Below, piece after piece: positions 34,866 through 48,902 of a stretch of DNA of 64,000 nucleotides. The stretch comes from the human T2T-CHM13v2.0 reference genome, Homo sapiens: assembly GCF_009914755.1 (NCBI RefSeq), contig NC_060935.1. One strand, given 5' to 3'. Under the pieces are notes generated by a model. It made no database searches. It was not told the origin of the DNA and saw nothing but the letters and a program-made list of their open reading frames with translations. The stretch's first letter is position 1. Each line of letters opens with the position of its first letter. Both the position numbers and the translations under genes were made by a program.

Positions 34866-37800
34866 CTGTGTGACAAAAACACAAAGTATAATGTTTAGCA
34901 AATGATATCATCAGGCAAAATCAGACTCACACACTGCCTCAAAACCACAGTACCAGCACTTACTCTCTCCCATCCGATGCCTTCAGTAACACCCTTCTAA
35001 TTAGTTGGTAATCCTGGCATTTGCTCAAATTAAATTGACTAATAACTCTAAGGAGTGAACCGCAAATAGATAAGAGATTCATAAGCCAACTGCGCCACAT
35101 CAAACATTTCCTGTGAAATACATTTTGTTACACTGAAGTTTATCTCCAAACTCACTCAAGCTAAAGGAAACTCATTTGCCTTCATGCTGAGGTGAAGCCA
35201 TAGATATCTGTGGTGCTCAGAATTGATACATTTTATCATATATCATATATTACTATGTGACAATATGTTGTGACACTGCATGTTAATAAATTTGCCTCTT
35301 CTATGTTCTTGTTTTCAAATGAGAAAGGCAGACTGAATGACTTTAAGAAAAAACAACTGGGATATTTTGGAAGCCCTCCCAGTGAAAACTCTGACATCTC
35401 AGTGTAAACATTAAAAAGAAAAAATACTGACATTTACTCAGCATCTACTCCCCTAGGAACCATCATTGGGGGTAGAATAAGCCTAGTTTTAGGGATGGGA
35501 ACTCTGGTACCCACAGATTGAAGTAGCTCATCCAAGATCACAGAGAGAGAGACAGCCCCATAAGTGTATGTTGGGATAGATTTCTGATCCATACGTGCAT
35601 TTCCAATGGCAATCCATAATTAAAGCCAGGTATAGCTTCCTAATGCAGTGAGGTACTTAGGAAGGAGATATAAGTATTCTCATTTCCACCAGCTACTTAA
35701 AACTGTATTTGTCAGTGTGGGGATATGGCTATGAGAGCTGAATAATGGGAGGTTCAGGGAATAGGGAGGGAAGCTACAGAAGTTGGAATTAACATAGATA
35801 CACATACAAATACATTAACAAATAAAATCTGAATGTAATTAGGAGATCGTTTTTTTCAGTGCTGAACTAACAAGTATTAATCCCTAAATCGGTTTTCTCA
35901 TTTAATTCTGTGGCTCTGTAAATGCATATTTTTGGAAATGTACCCAAGAGTAATAAATGTGAGAGGGCAAGACATCGGTTGGCTGAAAGGTCAAAATAAT
36001 TACCATAGTTTTACTTTCTCAGACAATCATACCACCTAAACAACAGCCCCTTGGCCTTTTACAAGCTGTGGTTAGCTCACTAACATTCATCCTATGGAAT
36101 AAGGGAGAAGATAGAAATATTACGGCAAGGCTCAACCAATCTCATCTTGTACACAGCTATATAAGCTGCACAAGGAAGTCCTCACTAGAGATAGCTGCTT
36201 TCTAGATGCATTCTTATAGTCTCTTTCCTATCACAAATCTTTCTCTCATGTCTCTAAAAATTACATGGCATTCAAAACCTTTTAAGAGAGCCCCCTTGTT
36301 CACCCACCAGTGTGCACTGCATACTGAGAATTGGTAGTGCTTTCTGAGAAGCTAAGTCTCTTGCCAGAGAACGTAAAGTTAACAAGCCCAGAAGCTCCAG
36401 CTGACCCTTGCAAGTTACACAGTTCTATTCTTGGACACGTTGGCAAAGAAACTGTTTAAGAGCAAAATGGTGTTGAGGTTTCCAGATACTGATAACTGGG
36501 TCGGGAAGGTAGTCATTAAAGAAAAGCAGAAATGCTTGTAAAGGATAAACAGGATGACCTTGAACCAGCACTGGGTGGTTCAAGAGCTCCTGGGCACCCC
36601 CTTTCAGAGACAGAGGCCACATATTAGGCTAACTACAACTGCTGGGCATCAGGTGTGGGTTTATTGTTTGTAGTCGTGTAACACACACACACTAGTTAGT
36701 GAAGTTTAGTTTTTAAAAAAGATACAAAAAAAATGAAAGAAGAAGGTTATGACACTGGACACACAGAAAACAGAAGACCTGCTACCTCACAGTTCATACC
36801 CAGAAACAGCAGCACTTACTAGAGTTCCTAGTTAGGGGACCTCTATCATTCTTACCCATGAACCTTCTGGGTGAGGCTAAATTTAAAGCCCAAAATTTGG
36901 GCTGAAATGTAACATCTGCTTATAGGTTAATCTCTGATCTACAGAAAGGCTACGTTTTTCATGCACTGCTGACTTTGGCCATTAATTAAGAAGAAGCAGA
37001 ATGCTTGCTGGCCTATGTGGAAGGATTTTGTTTTTCTTCTTTTTTCCTTAATGTAATTTACAAGCAAACAGAGAGGGCATATTTTTCAGCATAGTGCACT
37101 AAGGATTTTACATGCTCAACTTCCATCAATAATAAAGACAGTGTTGAAAAACTTAATCCACCCTGCTTCTTCAGTACCACTGAGTTTTAGTTAAATGCTT
37201 TTTTATGTTCCTAATGAGCTGTTTATCAGTTGCCAATTATTCACATAAATTGGGAAGAACAAGCTAAGGATGTGTTATACCCAAAATTTATTTTAAAAAC
37301 CATTTACTAAATCACAAAAAATACACCTTCAGTTTTGATAACTGATTTTCCCAATTTACTCTTTAAGTTCTGGAGAAACATCTACTATCTACTTATGGCT
37401 ACAGCTGCCACAGTTACCGTAATAGCTGGCTGAAAAGGTAAGCGTTAGTCTTGCCTGCATTATACAGAAAAATGTTCCCCTCTGTTGACACATGCAGTAT
37501 TTATAGGCATATTATCTGACCACGGGCAGATGAGCTATCCTCTCGCCCAGCCTAGGAATCAAATATTATAGAAGGTCTATGTGCCGAGATCTATCCCTGG
37601 GTGATGGAAACTTAAAAATAAATTCTGTTCCCCTTCCTTTGTCCTGAAAGAGAAACTTAAGCGTTTTCAACAGGTGGAATAGAAACCCTGGGATTCCACT
37701 GGCACCTCTAGAACTAAGGGACATTAAATTTTCCATTGAAGAGCCTAACTACGATATGAATATGTCAAAATACCAAACAATCCAGATGGCTGATTGAATA

Positions 37801-39854
37801 GCCCAGAGCTCATCATTTATATTTTAATTATGTTCATAAATCAAATGTTATAACCCACCAAACCTTTTCTGAAACAGAACCAGCCTCCAAGATTTATTTT
37901 TAAGTAATGAGGTAAAGCCTAGTACATTTTCTGGGGGATCATTTTACGCCTCGGTTGGTGTTGTAAGGCATGAGGCCAAAAGCCAGACGATACTTTCTAC
38001 CCAAGTGCAATAACTGCCCAGAAATGTATCACTCAGAATGGCTTAATGTCATTATAAAATGGAACTGCTATATAAAAATAAGAAAAATAGTTAGGTCTGT
38101 ACACTTAAAGAACATTACAGTTATAGACATGGCATCATCAACAGCCAATCAATTAGGTCGAGGGATCTGAGGTTTTCATAATACACTGTGAATTTTTTTA
38201 AACCCTGTAAAAGACATTTAGCAAGACTGCTATAGCAGACAAATTTGTTCATTAGTCAAAGTTGCACAGAGGGTTAAACACCAGGAGGCTTTAGGTCACA
38301 CTACAGTAGCAACCAATTAAAAAAATAATATTAGAAAGACATTCTGATTTGATGAGACTTTCTTTAAATGTACTTTGCTCTCTCTATAAAGGGAAAAAAT
38401 ATATAAAAGGAAACTCTTAAAGAGGTTGGAATGGGTTGCTGGCAGATTACAATTGATTTCATGCCAGTCTGACCTTGCACCACATTCTGTGATCTTTTCA
38501 GAAGATGAAACTCAAGATTCTGAACCTGTATTTCAGTTTCCTATGTAAATGAAAAGACACAGTCTCCTCTGTAGGTCCAAACACTAACGTATCAGGTCTT
38601 TGCATTCCTTTATTTAGAAAAAGGTACTTTGCAGTTTCTTCATGACTGGGATGTCACCCTTCCAGGGTAGCAGAGAGGAGCAGAGCTGAGTCAGTGGAAA
38701 AGGCATCCTCATACCCTGGCAGGAGACATGCCAGCGGGAGACCTATTATCCCTGGAGTCCCCACAACCTTCCCTCTCTTCCTAAGAATTTCTAAATCAGG
38801 AAATGCAGGTGTCATATTTTCTTTGATGTGCTCAATGCAACTAGGTCCAGGGGCTTGAGTGCAAATCTGTTTCTGCAACTGCATTTGGGACACAGGCTCT
38901 TCTTCATGTTTCTTACTTAGATTTCACCCAATATTCTGAAACACCAAGGAGTATGGGGATTTGATGCTTGTGGATCAAGTGCTAATTGTTTCAAGTCCTA
39001 CCAGGGAGAACTCAAGGGCAGCATGAGCACAGATGATATCAGAATGTCTGGGTAGCGGGTCTGGGTCAGCCCCTGTGCATTCAAGTGAGGAAGCATTGAC
39101 TGAAGAGTCTTTGTCAATCATGGAGGATTATTGGAGTTTGGAGTAGAACGACAATGCAAAGATTAACCTGAGATTTGGTGAGTGTTAGAAGCTGTTTGAG
39201 CTCAAAGCAAGAATCAACCCCTACAATATGGCTGTCTAAATTGTTGGGGGAGGACAGCTTTGCAACTAAAGGAGGGCAATGTCTAGCAATGCCAGGTGAC
39301 TGGGATTGGTGAATGAACGGAGTCACACAGAGCTCTCAGAGGAGTTAAAGAGAACATCTTGCAAAATATTTGCTTTCTATTGTCATAATACATTCATGAA
39401 TAATTTTCACTGCCGTTTATTTTGTTTGTTTGCAAGGTGAAGAACCTCCTGCTGTTACATCTGTTGTTATGACTCAGCTTCCTGAAGAGGGCTGAACGAT
39501 TGTGAGTGGGATGAGTCAAATCTGGTGGGACTGACGTAAGACCAATACCACAGTAGAATGCAGTCTTCTCTTGCTCCAACTTTCAGGTAGGTTTGTGGGT
39601 ATTAGAATTACTGTTTACAAAAAAGAATCAAATTTGATCCCATGGTGTGGTGGCAGAAAGCTTTGTTCCCACTGCTTTTTAAATGGGGGTACATACTCAC
39701 AGAATATTCTTCCATGTCTTGGAAGCAATTCTCATCATTTGTAAGCAAACACTGGGCAAGAAAATCCCTATAGCAAGATTTTCTGTACAAGAATCTTCCC
39801 TCTGTAACAAGAGAGGGGTTTTTTTGTTTTGTTTTGTTCTGTTTCTTGAAGTCT

Positions 39855-39940
39855 TGGTAACTAGAACGGTGCCAGGGACTGGCACACAGTAAGCATTCAA
39901 GACATAGTTGCTGGATGAATGAATGAAGGAATAAGTGAAT
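39855..39940 (+). mobile_element. L2 3' end fragment
   Basis: ctggcacacagtaagcattcaagacatagttgctggatgaatgaatgaa. Confidence 0.65.
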
Positions 39941-40816
39941 GAGAAAGTGAAGAAACATTGGGGCATGGACTTCTCCTTCCACCTTTACTACTGATTAAAA
40001 AATAAATAAAATCAGATCACGAGTTCCCGTTAGTCCTCATCACAGAATATAATTTTGTTTTTCTTTTGGAAGGTCAATCCAGCCGCCCAAATCAGAGGTT
40101 CAGCCCAGGTGTTCTGCTTTACATATTTCCACTTCACCATACATTTATTTAGCACTTCCGATGTGTCTCTAAGTGGTGTCTTACAGGAAATCAGAAAGGA
40201 TGTTGTTTGACCATTCCTTTTAGATTTTTAGATGCCAGCTTCACAACTATTTAACCTTCCACACAATCAAAATTTAACCTTGAGTTAAAAACCATTAAGT
40301 GAAGTATGTGCATTAGAAGACTGGTTTCACTATGTAAGTATTCAATGTCCACAGCCACACAGACACATCTTTTACAAATACATTAAGGTCAGTGAGATGA
40401 GAGGAGGTGGTTCTTAGTAAAACAGGCCTCTTTCTGCAGGGTATGCATTCAGAAGGCAGGTATAAAGGCAAAGGCTTTTCCCTTAAGGGTTATTCCAGTC
40501 TTGCTCACGATGTATTTGCCCAACACTCACTCTTTGTATTTTGAATACTGGTTACTCAGCCTCTTGACACTTTTGGTACTGCAGATTGTATCACTAACAA
40601 TCTATAGTCCTTATAATATCAGGAACTTGGAACCAACACTACTCTGTGTTAACACAAAGAAATAATAGGTTAAAAAATTAGCTTCAATCGGGGTTCTTCA
40701 TTCCTTGATTATTTCTCATAAGGAATCATAAATACTAAAATAACCTCCCTGAAACTCAATTCACTGCTTTAAAAAAAAAATAAAAGGGAGAGTGGGAGGA
40801 AGAGCGTATTCCGTTT

Positions 40817-40823
40817 AAAAAAA

Positions 40824-40864
<41 letters not shown>
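40817..40864 (+). repeat. A16-(GA)16 compound microsatellite
   Basis: Direct reading. Confidence 0.9.
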
Positions 40865-40867
<3 letters not shown>

Positions 40868-42849
40868 GAGATCAGAGAGAAACAGGCCAAATCTGAAAAC
40901 GCCAGCTATTATGCTCTGAAGAATACAACCTGGAAACAGAATTGATGAGGGAGAGGATTTGACATAGAAGCTGCTCTTGGGAACTAAGTGTTATCCTCCA
41001 CTCCAAATAGGAAAGATTTTCTGATTTCCAGGTTTTCCTCTCTCCTTCAATGCAGGGCACTATCGATACCAGAGAAACATTTATTTTGGCACAGATAAAG
41101 AACAGGTTTTGATCATCTCCTCAATGCCCAATTTTCCTCCAGTTGAGGGAATGAAAGAAAAAAAAAAATCTACCCTTCTCTGGACCTTGGATGAACAGGG
41201 CTATGGATTTATAAAATACCTAGCTACATTCAGTCAATAAAACTCATTTTGAAAATGATGCCCACGTATACAATTAACTGTCAGATGATAATCAGAGCAG
41301 GCATGGCATTCAAGCACCCATTTCTAGAGTCTTTGTTTTCATTCTTCTTTTCAAAACTCATCTCTGAGTTTTCTTTCTTTTTTTAAAATATGCACAAACA
41401 CAAAACCCTCAAAAAATGAGGATTTTTGCCAAACATTTTAAAGAGCAAGGCTATGATGGGTGAAAGCAGAAGCCACACAGCAGTAATTCAAGAGCTTCAT
41501 ATTCACCCCAGTCCAGAGGAAGGCTTTCCTCCCTTGTGCAAAGCAATCTGAATTCCATACTGAGGGTCACAGCTTTTCTTTGAATTCCCAGCTTATGTCG
41601 CTATGTGTTGCCACCTTGATGCTATTTAGACAGTTTTCTCTTAACGCTCAGACAGTGAACTGTTCCCATTTAAACAGGCTTTTATTTGACAAGAGTACAT
41701 TCCCTCAGATCTGAAGCTCTACTAACCGTGCTACAATTGTATCACACTCTGCTATAATCAACCATGTTGTAAATTTGGGCACCACCACCTGTACAGACAT
41801 TCGCAAGAAAAAAATGCACTGAAAGATTTTAGGGTCATACAGCTCGGAACATTAAAAAGCAAAACTGTTCTCTGCATAACATCTAAGGAAAGAGAGCTTT
41901 GAGCTCTTCCAGCTTGGGAGCATAATTATTTTCTGTTTTAAACATTTAACTGTGTGCTGCTGCTGTACCCTTGCTGAGTCTCAGAATGAAAGCTAGAAAA
42001 CTAAGAGACCTACTGTATGTTCTTCATTCCCGGCAACGTTCCTATGAGAAAACCTTATTAATGAGCTTGCAAACGAGCACCCAACAGGGAAATGTCACAA
42101 ACAAGAGCGGCTAATGCCCCAGAAAATCAAATAACTGAACACTTGGCTGATTGTGGTGCCTTTCATATTTATAATAAAAAAGGGGGGGGGACTTTAATTC
42201 ACTGATTCTGAAGGGGTCAACACCTTGCTGAACAAAACAACTCATTTATTTATGTTCAGAAATCTCCAGATGATAAATTACATTGATGTTAATCACTTCA
42301 ATGCATACTACACAATTAATATCTGTACTCACCAAAAACTTAAGGATTATTAAAAGTATGACAGCATACACATCTGGCTGATTTTTCACATAATTGGGCA
42401 CAACAATTTCTCCTGGTATCACAAATAAGGGTCCTAACAAACAAACACTGCAAAATCCTGGTTCAATTAATTAGGACTTAAATCCACAAGACAAAAGCAA
42501 TTCCAAGTTGCAGCTCAAGCCTTGTCTTCTATGCCATATGGTAGCACTCCATTTTAAGGACAGAGGTGCAACACTTCCTTTCTTTTTATCCTTCCTCTCT
42601 TTTTTCCCTGTCTTACTTAAAGTAAGATATTTAATGACATATAACGCAGGTTTTCATTATTTCATTTCCTTTTTAATAGTATTTTTTAAAAATTACTTGA
42701 TGTAGAATTCAAATCCATGATCTGTCATTTAACCCTATTCATGTCCTGGTTAACATCCATTCATCTTAGATGGGGATAAAGAGAGGTTTCCATAAACCTT
42801 CATGGTGTAAAATCAGCCAGGCTTAAACAAGTGAGCATATTTAATACCA

Positions 42850-43351
42850 ATAGTATCAGATTAGATTTGCCCCCAAGGTAGCCTTATTTACTCGGAGTAG
42901 ACTCTGAGGTCCATGAATGGGATCAGTATTTCCTAGTGATAACCTATTGTTTCTCACCGAGAACATAAGAAATCTTTTTAGGTGACAAAGGAAAGGACAT
43001 TGAAAAATATTAGTTGTACATTTATTTTAAAGCTTATTAGACACTATATATAACAAATGAAATGTGTAATTTAATAGATATTTTTACATAGGCCCTGGTT
43101 AGGTTAAAGCAATAAAGTGACTTAAAGAAAAATTCTAAATCAGGTAAAAATACAGATGATGCATGAACATGGCAAATTTGTGAAAGTGGTCCTCAAATAA
43201 CTGAATTTAGGAAAACCCTGAGGGGTAAATGGACTCCTTAGATTGTAAGTAGAATATGGTGAATATGTGATTGTATTCATCTTTTCCAGGTCTATAGCTA
43301 TCAAAGGGTTTTTAAAGGGGCCAATGATCCCCAAAAGGTTAAGAACTGCTG
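42850..43351 (+). mobile_element. Degraded hAT-Charlie-type DNA transposon fragments
   Basis: Terminus-like ccaaaaggttaagaactgctg and atggcaaatttgtgaaagtggt; family not resolved. Confidence 0.4.
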
Positions 43352-44731
43352 ACTTCAACGGCATGAGTCAACATTAAAATACAGGTGCAATGTTACTCCT
43401 CACAGGCATCCAAAATAATTCAACCTCCATGCAGAGTGGCTACTGAATAAATTATTCTAGGAATCTCATGTATTCGAGTGTCTCTTCTTTCCTCATGGTC
43501 ATCAAAATATGGTGCTACTTGTCTGCAGAGAGAGGACGGCTGTGGGGGGCACTGGAGTTGAGCCATCAACAGCACTGGGCAATGACTGATCAGACTTCAG
43601 GGCCCAGTGACTGAGTGCTTCAGGCATTTGAGGAATGAAACTTTTTGTTACTGCATAGCTGCTAGTGTTCAAGGAGAGTAAAGCTGGTAGGAAATGATGT
43701 AGAGAATTCCAACTGTGTTTGAAGAAGCTACAAAAGGAATTCCTGGCTGACTCTGCAAAGTTCTCAATAGTGCTCTAGGAGTGGAGGGTAGTGAACTTTC
43801 TTGAGCACAGAGAGCCTTACTTAAGATATCAAACCAGATGCGAAGTTCCATTCAGGTTAATATAATGCATTGTAATTATCTTAGCTTTCCTTTATACAAA
43901 AATATTTTTCCTTATGTATATTCTGAAAAGTGGAATAAAGGCTAAAATATTTGTATGATTTTCTTGGATAAAAAACAGAGTCTCCCACAAAAAGGTGCCA
44001 TATTAGAGTTTAAAGTATCAATTGGTGCATCCTTGTTTTTGGAGGGCATTAGAGTCACTTTCCTGCAATTAAAGGCTCGCAGTACTTTGTTAGATTGAAG
44101 TCAAATGGATTCAGATGTGGAGCCTTATTCCTTGTCTTAGAATCTACAGATTATGGAAACCAAGGCTTATAAGGATCATTATCAAGTTTTCCAAGGAGTA
44201 GGAGGTGTAGCGCTTGAAATATTTTGCATTTGGGAGTGAGGGTAATTTGGTAGGTGGGTGGGACTATATTCTATTTAAAAGATATTCTGGGAAAATACTG
44301 AAAGAGTTTAGGGGTGGAAACTGGGTGAATATCTACTCAGGACGTACAAAGGAGCTAATGTATTATTAAAGCTAATGGGCCCCTACAAGGAAAGTTAATG
44401 GATATTAAGTTTGCTTAAATGAATTACATATTAACAAAGTCACAAGAAATCTACTATCTGCTAATTTAGATAATATCTGATCATTTCCGTTTTCCCATTA
44501 TAGGGACATTATACCACAATAGTTTTAGTGATATGAAAATTATAAGCATGATGCCCATATTGAAGCAGATTAAATGAATTAACGAGGAAACCCTGCATTA
44601 TGTAATGTTAAATTGAGCCAAGCTCACGGAGTTAAGAAAAGGTTGGAATGGGATGGTTTCTTAGAAGCAACTTTTTATAACTTTTCCTGCCTTCCCATTT
44701 TGCTCAGATCATTTAGACAAATAATAGGGCT

Positions 44732-45196
44732 TGTATGGAGTTGAATGGTGGCTCCCAAAGATAAGTCCATGTTCTAACCCTTGGAATCTGTGACTGTAGC
44801 TGAATTTGGAAAAAAAGTCTTTACAGATGAAATCAGCTTAAGGATCTCAAGATGAGGCCATTCTGGATTATCTGGGTGAGCCCTACATCCAATGACAAGT
44901 GTCCTCAGAAAAACACACAGACGAGAGACCCACAGAGGAGAGGGGAAGGTCATGTGACGATGAAGGCAGAGAGTGGAGTGGTGAAGCCACAAGTTAAGGC
45001 GCTCCTGGGACTCCTAGAGCTGGAAAAATCAATGAACGATCCATCCCTACAGTCTTTGTGGTGGGAGGGGGTGTGGTCCTGCCAAAACCTTGATTTTGGA
45101 CTTCTGGCCTAAAGCGTTGTAAGGAAAGAAGTTTCTGCTATTTTAAGCTACCAAGTTTGTGACAATTTGTTATGGCAGCCCTAGGAAATTAATCCA
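44732..45196 (+). mobile_element. MLT1C-like MaLR solo LTR
   Basis: tgtatggagttgaatggtggctccc...gatgaggccattctggatt...gaaggcagagagtggagtg...ttttaagctaccaagtttgt...ttatggcagccctaggaaa. Confidence 0.85.
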
Positions 45197-45980
45197 ATGA
45201 TTCACAAAGGGTAAAGCTTTTCCTTTATCAGACATCCAATCACTACCATCCCAACCAAACTCTGGTAACATTTCAGTATGCATACTCAAAGATCACCTTG
45301 ATTTTTCAGAAGCCAAATACAAAGTGAGAAGCTGGCTACTTAGCCACAACCTTGGCATAAGAATGGCTTTGTGCAGAAAAAGACTTTTTCCTTTTAAGCA
45401 GAAGGGTCCAGAGGAGAAGATGAGGAAAACATATTCAGTCTACAGGGCATGGTAAGGAGAAAACCTCACTCACTACAATCTAGCTTTTATTGATGAAGCC
45501 ATCAAGATTGTGGCAATGATCCCAAAGAGTCGACTTTTCAACTCATTGCTCTAATTTAAGCTAAAATAGAGGAGGAATGTCATTTAAAACAAAATGCCGA
45601 CGTAAATGGGAAAAAAATCCCTTCTATAAAAACTTCAGTACTTATGATGGGATAAAAAAAGGGGGAAAATTACCCTAGATTTTGCAGTTGGCATAGAAAT
45701 GATGACAGTCTATATGCAAAGAAATTAATTAAGTCACGTGTTAGAGCAGATTGATATTATTTCAGTTTTACCTTTGGGTTCAATGTAGCATTTTCAAATC
45801 CTCATTGGCACTCTGTAATATGGCAGTACAATATTTCAATAAAATAATCCTTTATTTTTCTAGCAAAAATAAGAATTCTATGTATACTATATAAAATGAA
45901 TGCATTGAATAAATGGCTTCTGAAGAGTTTCTATGTAACTGCAACTCTACGCCCTCAGAATAAGATACCAGGGTACTCAC

Positions 45981-46139
45981 ACTGTACTTCTAGATACCGC
46001 TGGGTCTGCAGGTTTCCAGTGACCGCAGGGTGCTCCACCTGGCAGATCACTGGGACCCCATCGTCCTCCTTGTGCACCTTCAGCATCAGCTGACTGGTCA
46101 CAGTGTACATGTCTGACCACTCTTCCACCTCCGATTTGC
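45981..46139 (-). CDS. CADM1: CADM1 exon 5 (159 nt), second half of Ig2: [53 protein letters not shown]
   Basis: ttccccag|GCAAATCG ... GTACAGT|gtgagt; ORF 45955..46188. Confidence 0.98.
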
Positions 46140-47164
46140 CTGGGGAACAGAAAATGTACCAAGACACCAGAGTTGGGTGAATTTCCATCAGTTTGTTTTT
46201 ATGTCCTCCCCTCTGTCCTCTAACCCCAACATTGCTATTTTAACAAATATGATGGCAGTTACTTGGGATGAGAGTAACCTGTGGATAGTTACCTGATAAA
46301 GTTTTTATTTCCTTAATTTATGACTTTTCAACCAGGCAGCATAGTATTTAAGATATATTTCAAGTCCAAATACCATACACTATTTTTACTGAAATATATT
46401 ATGTATGGTTTTTCTATCTTAAAACCTCCCAGAAAAAGACAGCTGAAAGTTGAAACATTCTGACATCTGGCTGCTCAAGGTATTCAGGAGGAGAAAAAGA
46501 AAAATGTTTTTCACCCCTACAACCATCTGAACTTGAAATATTGACTAGGCTGTCATGCCATTTAGAAATTCTAGGATATTATCCAAATCCCCTAAGTAAT
46601 TCAACAAGCAGTAGAGTTACAAACAACCCCCTTTGCCTACTCCCATCATCAACAATTAAGAGAGAAAGTAACTAAATGGATTTACATAATTGAAATTGTA
46701 ATTGAAATGTTTAAACTCTGAGACTTTTGGAAGACCTCAAAAATGCAGTGGCAGTGGGCTAGAGCAAAGTAAGATACAGGGCTTGGGGCCAGATGGGAGA
46801 CACATCCAAGAACACCCAGAAAAGGAGGGAGGAGGCTTCCGGATGGAATGAATAGGCCAAGGCAGTCCCTTCCTGAACTCAGCACTCCCAGGAACATGGC
46901 ACACCATTAACTTTCTTTTAATGTTTTGTACTTATCGGTACACATTTAATGGCTGAATTCACTTAGACAGAAAAGCAGAGAGGAAATGAGAAACTCCTTC
47001 CTTCCAAAACCATACCTAGGAAGTAGGAGATTAAAACAGAACAAGCTTCTTGAAACTTAAGCTGTTATATATAGATTTATCTGCTTCCAGATATAGATTT
47101 CTATATCCTCTTTCTAAAAGGGCTGATTCTTTCATTTCTCACGCTCTTTATTTATTTAACAAGC

Positions 47165-47293
47165 ACATATACAGCACTTACTTTGGCCCAAGTATTAGCT
47201 AAATACTTTACAACTATTCCCTCTTTTCATCTTCATAAAAATTCCATAAAGTATGTAATACGATTAACCCTATTTTAGAGGAAACTGAAGCAT
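47165..47293 (-). mobile_element. MIR fragment
   Basis: agcacttact...cctattttagaggaaactgaagca. Confidence 0.6.
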
Positions 47294-48220
47294 GCCACTA
47301 GCATTTCTGTCAAACAATTAGAGGAGTTCAGCCCCTAAGACCTTTGTGCAGGGTACTACCTGCAGGGTAACTTTGAAAAGGAAGGAATCTCAATGCAGAA
47401 ATACATGCGGAATTTAAGATAACTGGCAAAAAATGGTCAAATAGGGTATAGGCTGTCTCCTTTATCTGATGCAACACCTGAGGTGCCAGGTATTTGAGGA
47501 TCCAGGACCCGAACCCGGGATGGCCCAGTACAGAGGTAAAGATGATCAGAATGGGGCTGAAGGAGCTGCCTTGTACTGTCATCACAAAATCACAGCCTGC
47601 ATAAGAACAGACTGGTGAATTGGGCAACTGAATCACAAATTTCACAAGAAAGGTGGTCCCTGTAAATTCACAATTTAGATGAAACTGTTAGTCCACTTAG
47701 TGCAACCACTCTTGTAGGAAAGCATATAGTCAACACAGGTGATAGTGCAATAGACGTCAGAATGACTTGGAATTTACCATATGAAAGACTGTTAAACATT
47801 TTTTTAAATGTATACCCTGAAAATGTGGGCTTCTGGTCCCCTCTAGGTCTCTGCAAAAGACAGGGTAAAAGCAATTAGAATTGAAGGTACAGACAGAGAC
47901 AGCCTGAGCTCAGGAGACAGCCCTCATGAAAATTTTTCCTAGCCTAAAGAGTTCTAGTTTACAGTTTTAGTTCTTTCTGGGCATCTGAGTAGAGCGACAG
48001 CTATCACCATGAACCCTCAAACAGCAGAATGAGGACATGGATTAGAAGAATAAAATGCTTTTATGCTTTGGCCTCAGACATATTTAGTAACTGATTATAA
48101 ACCATATCTAAATGAATACTTTTGTTTCATGGGCATGTTTTGTATTTCTCCATGATTTTCACAAAGGCATATCTGCTAGAATCAGCTAACTACTTCAGTG
48201 TGTGGCAATCTGCAGCTTAC

Positions 48221-48358
48221 CTTTTAGCTCTGTGTTCCCTTTGAACCACCTGATAGTCGTGGCTGGCTTGCTGGCCATAGCAGTGCAGTTGACTTCAATC
48301 TCCTCACCTTCCACCGCAGTGTCTTTCTGGATATCGATCATCAGATTACGTGGTGGGA
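48221..48358 (-). CDS. CADM1: CADM1 exon 4 (138 nt), first half of Ig2: [46 protein letters not shown]
   Basis: aatttgtag|TCCCACCA ... CTAAAAG|gtaagc; phase 1-1; read by hand. Confidence 0.98.
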
Positions 48359-48572
48359 CTACAAATTAAACATATGTGCTTTATAAACACAGAATGCATT
48401 TTTGCATTGTTGCTATCAAAAAGGAGAAAAACAGTAGACATTCCTGATGGGAATTTAAATCATCACAAGAGGCGAAAAAGAAATACAAAGTAATCATCAA
48501 ATAAAGTGAGTTATGCAAAATCAGTTAATTTAGAATTTCTATCCTAAATTTATGTTATAAAATAACCAGTGT

Positions 48573-48902
<330 letters not shown>

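Noticed and set aside
34964-34996. 33-nt AG...GT segment just upstream of exon 6
   Set aside because: No polypyrimidine tract, and it would create TAA at the junction.
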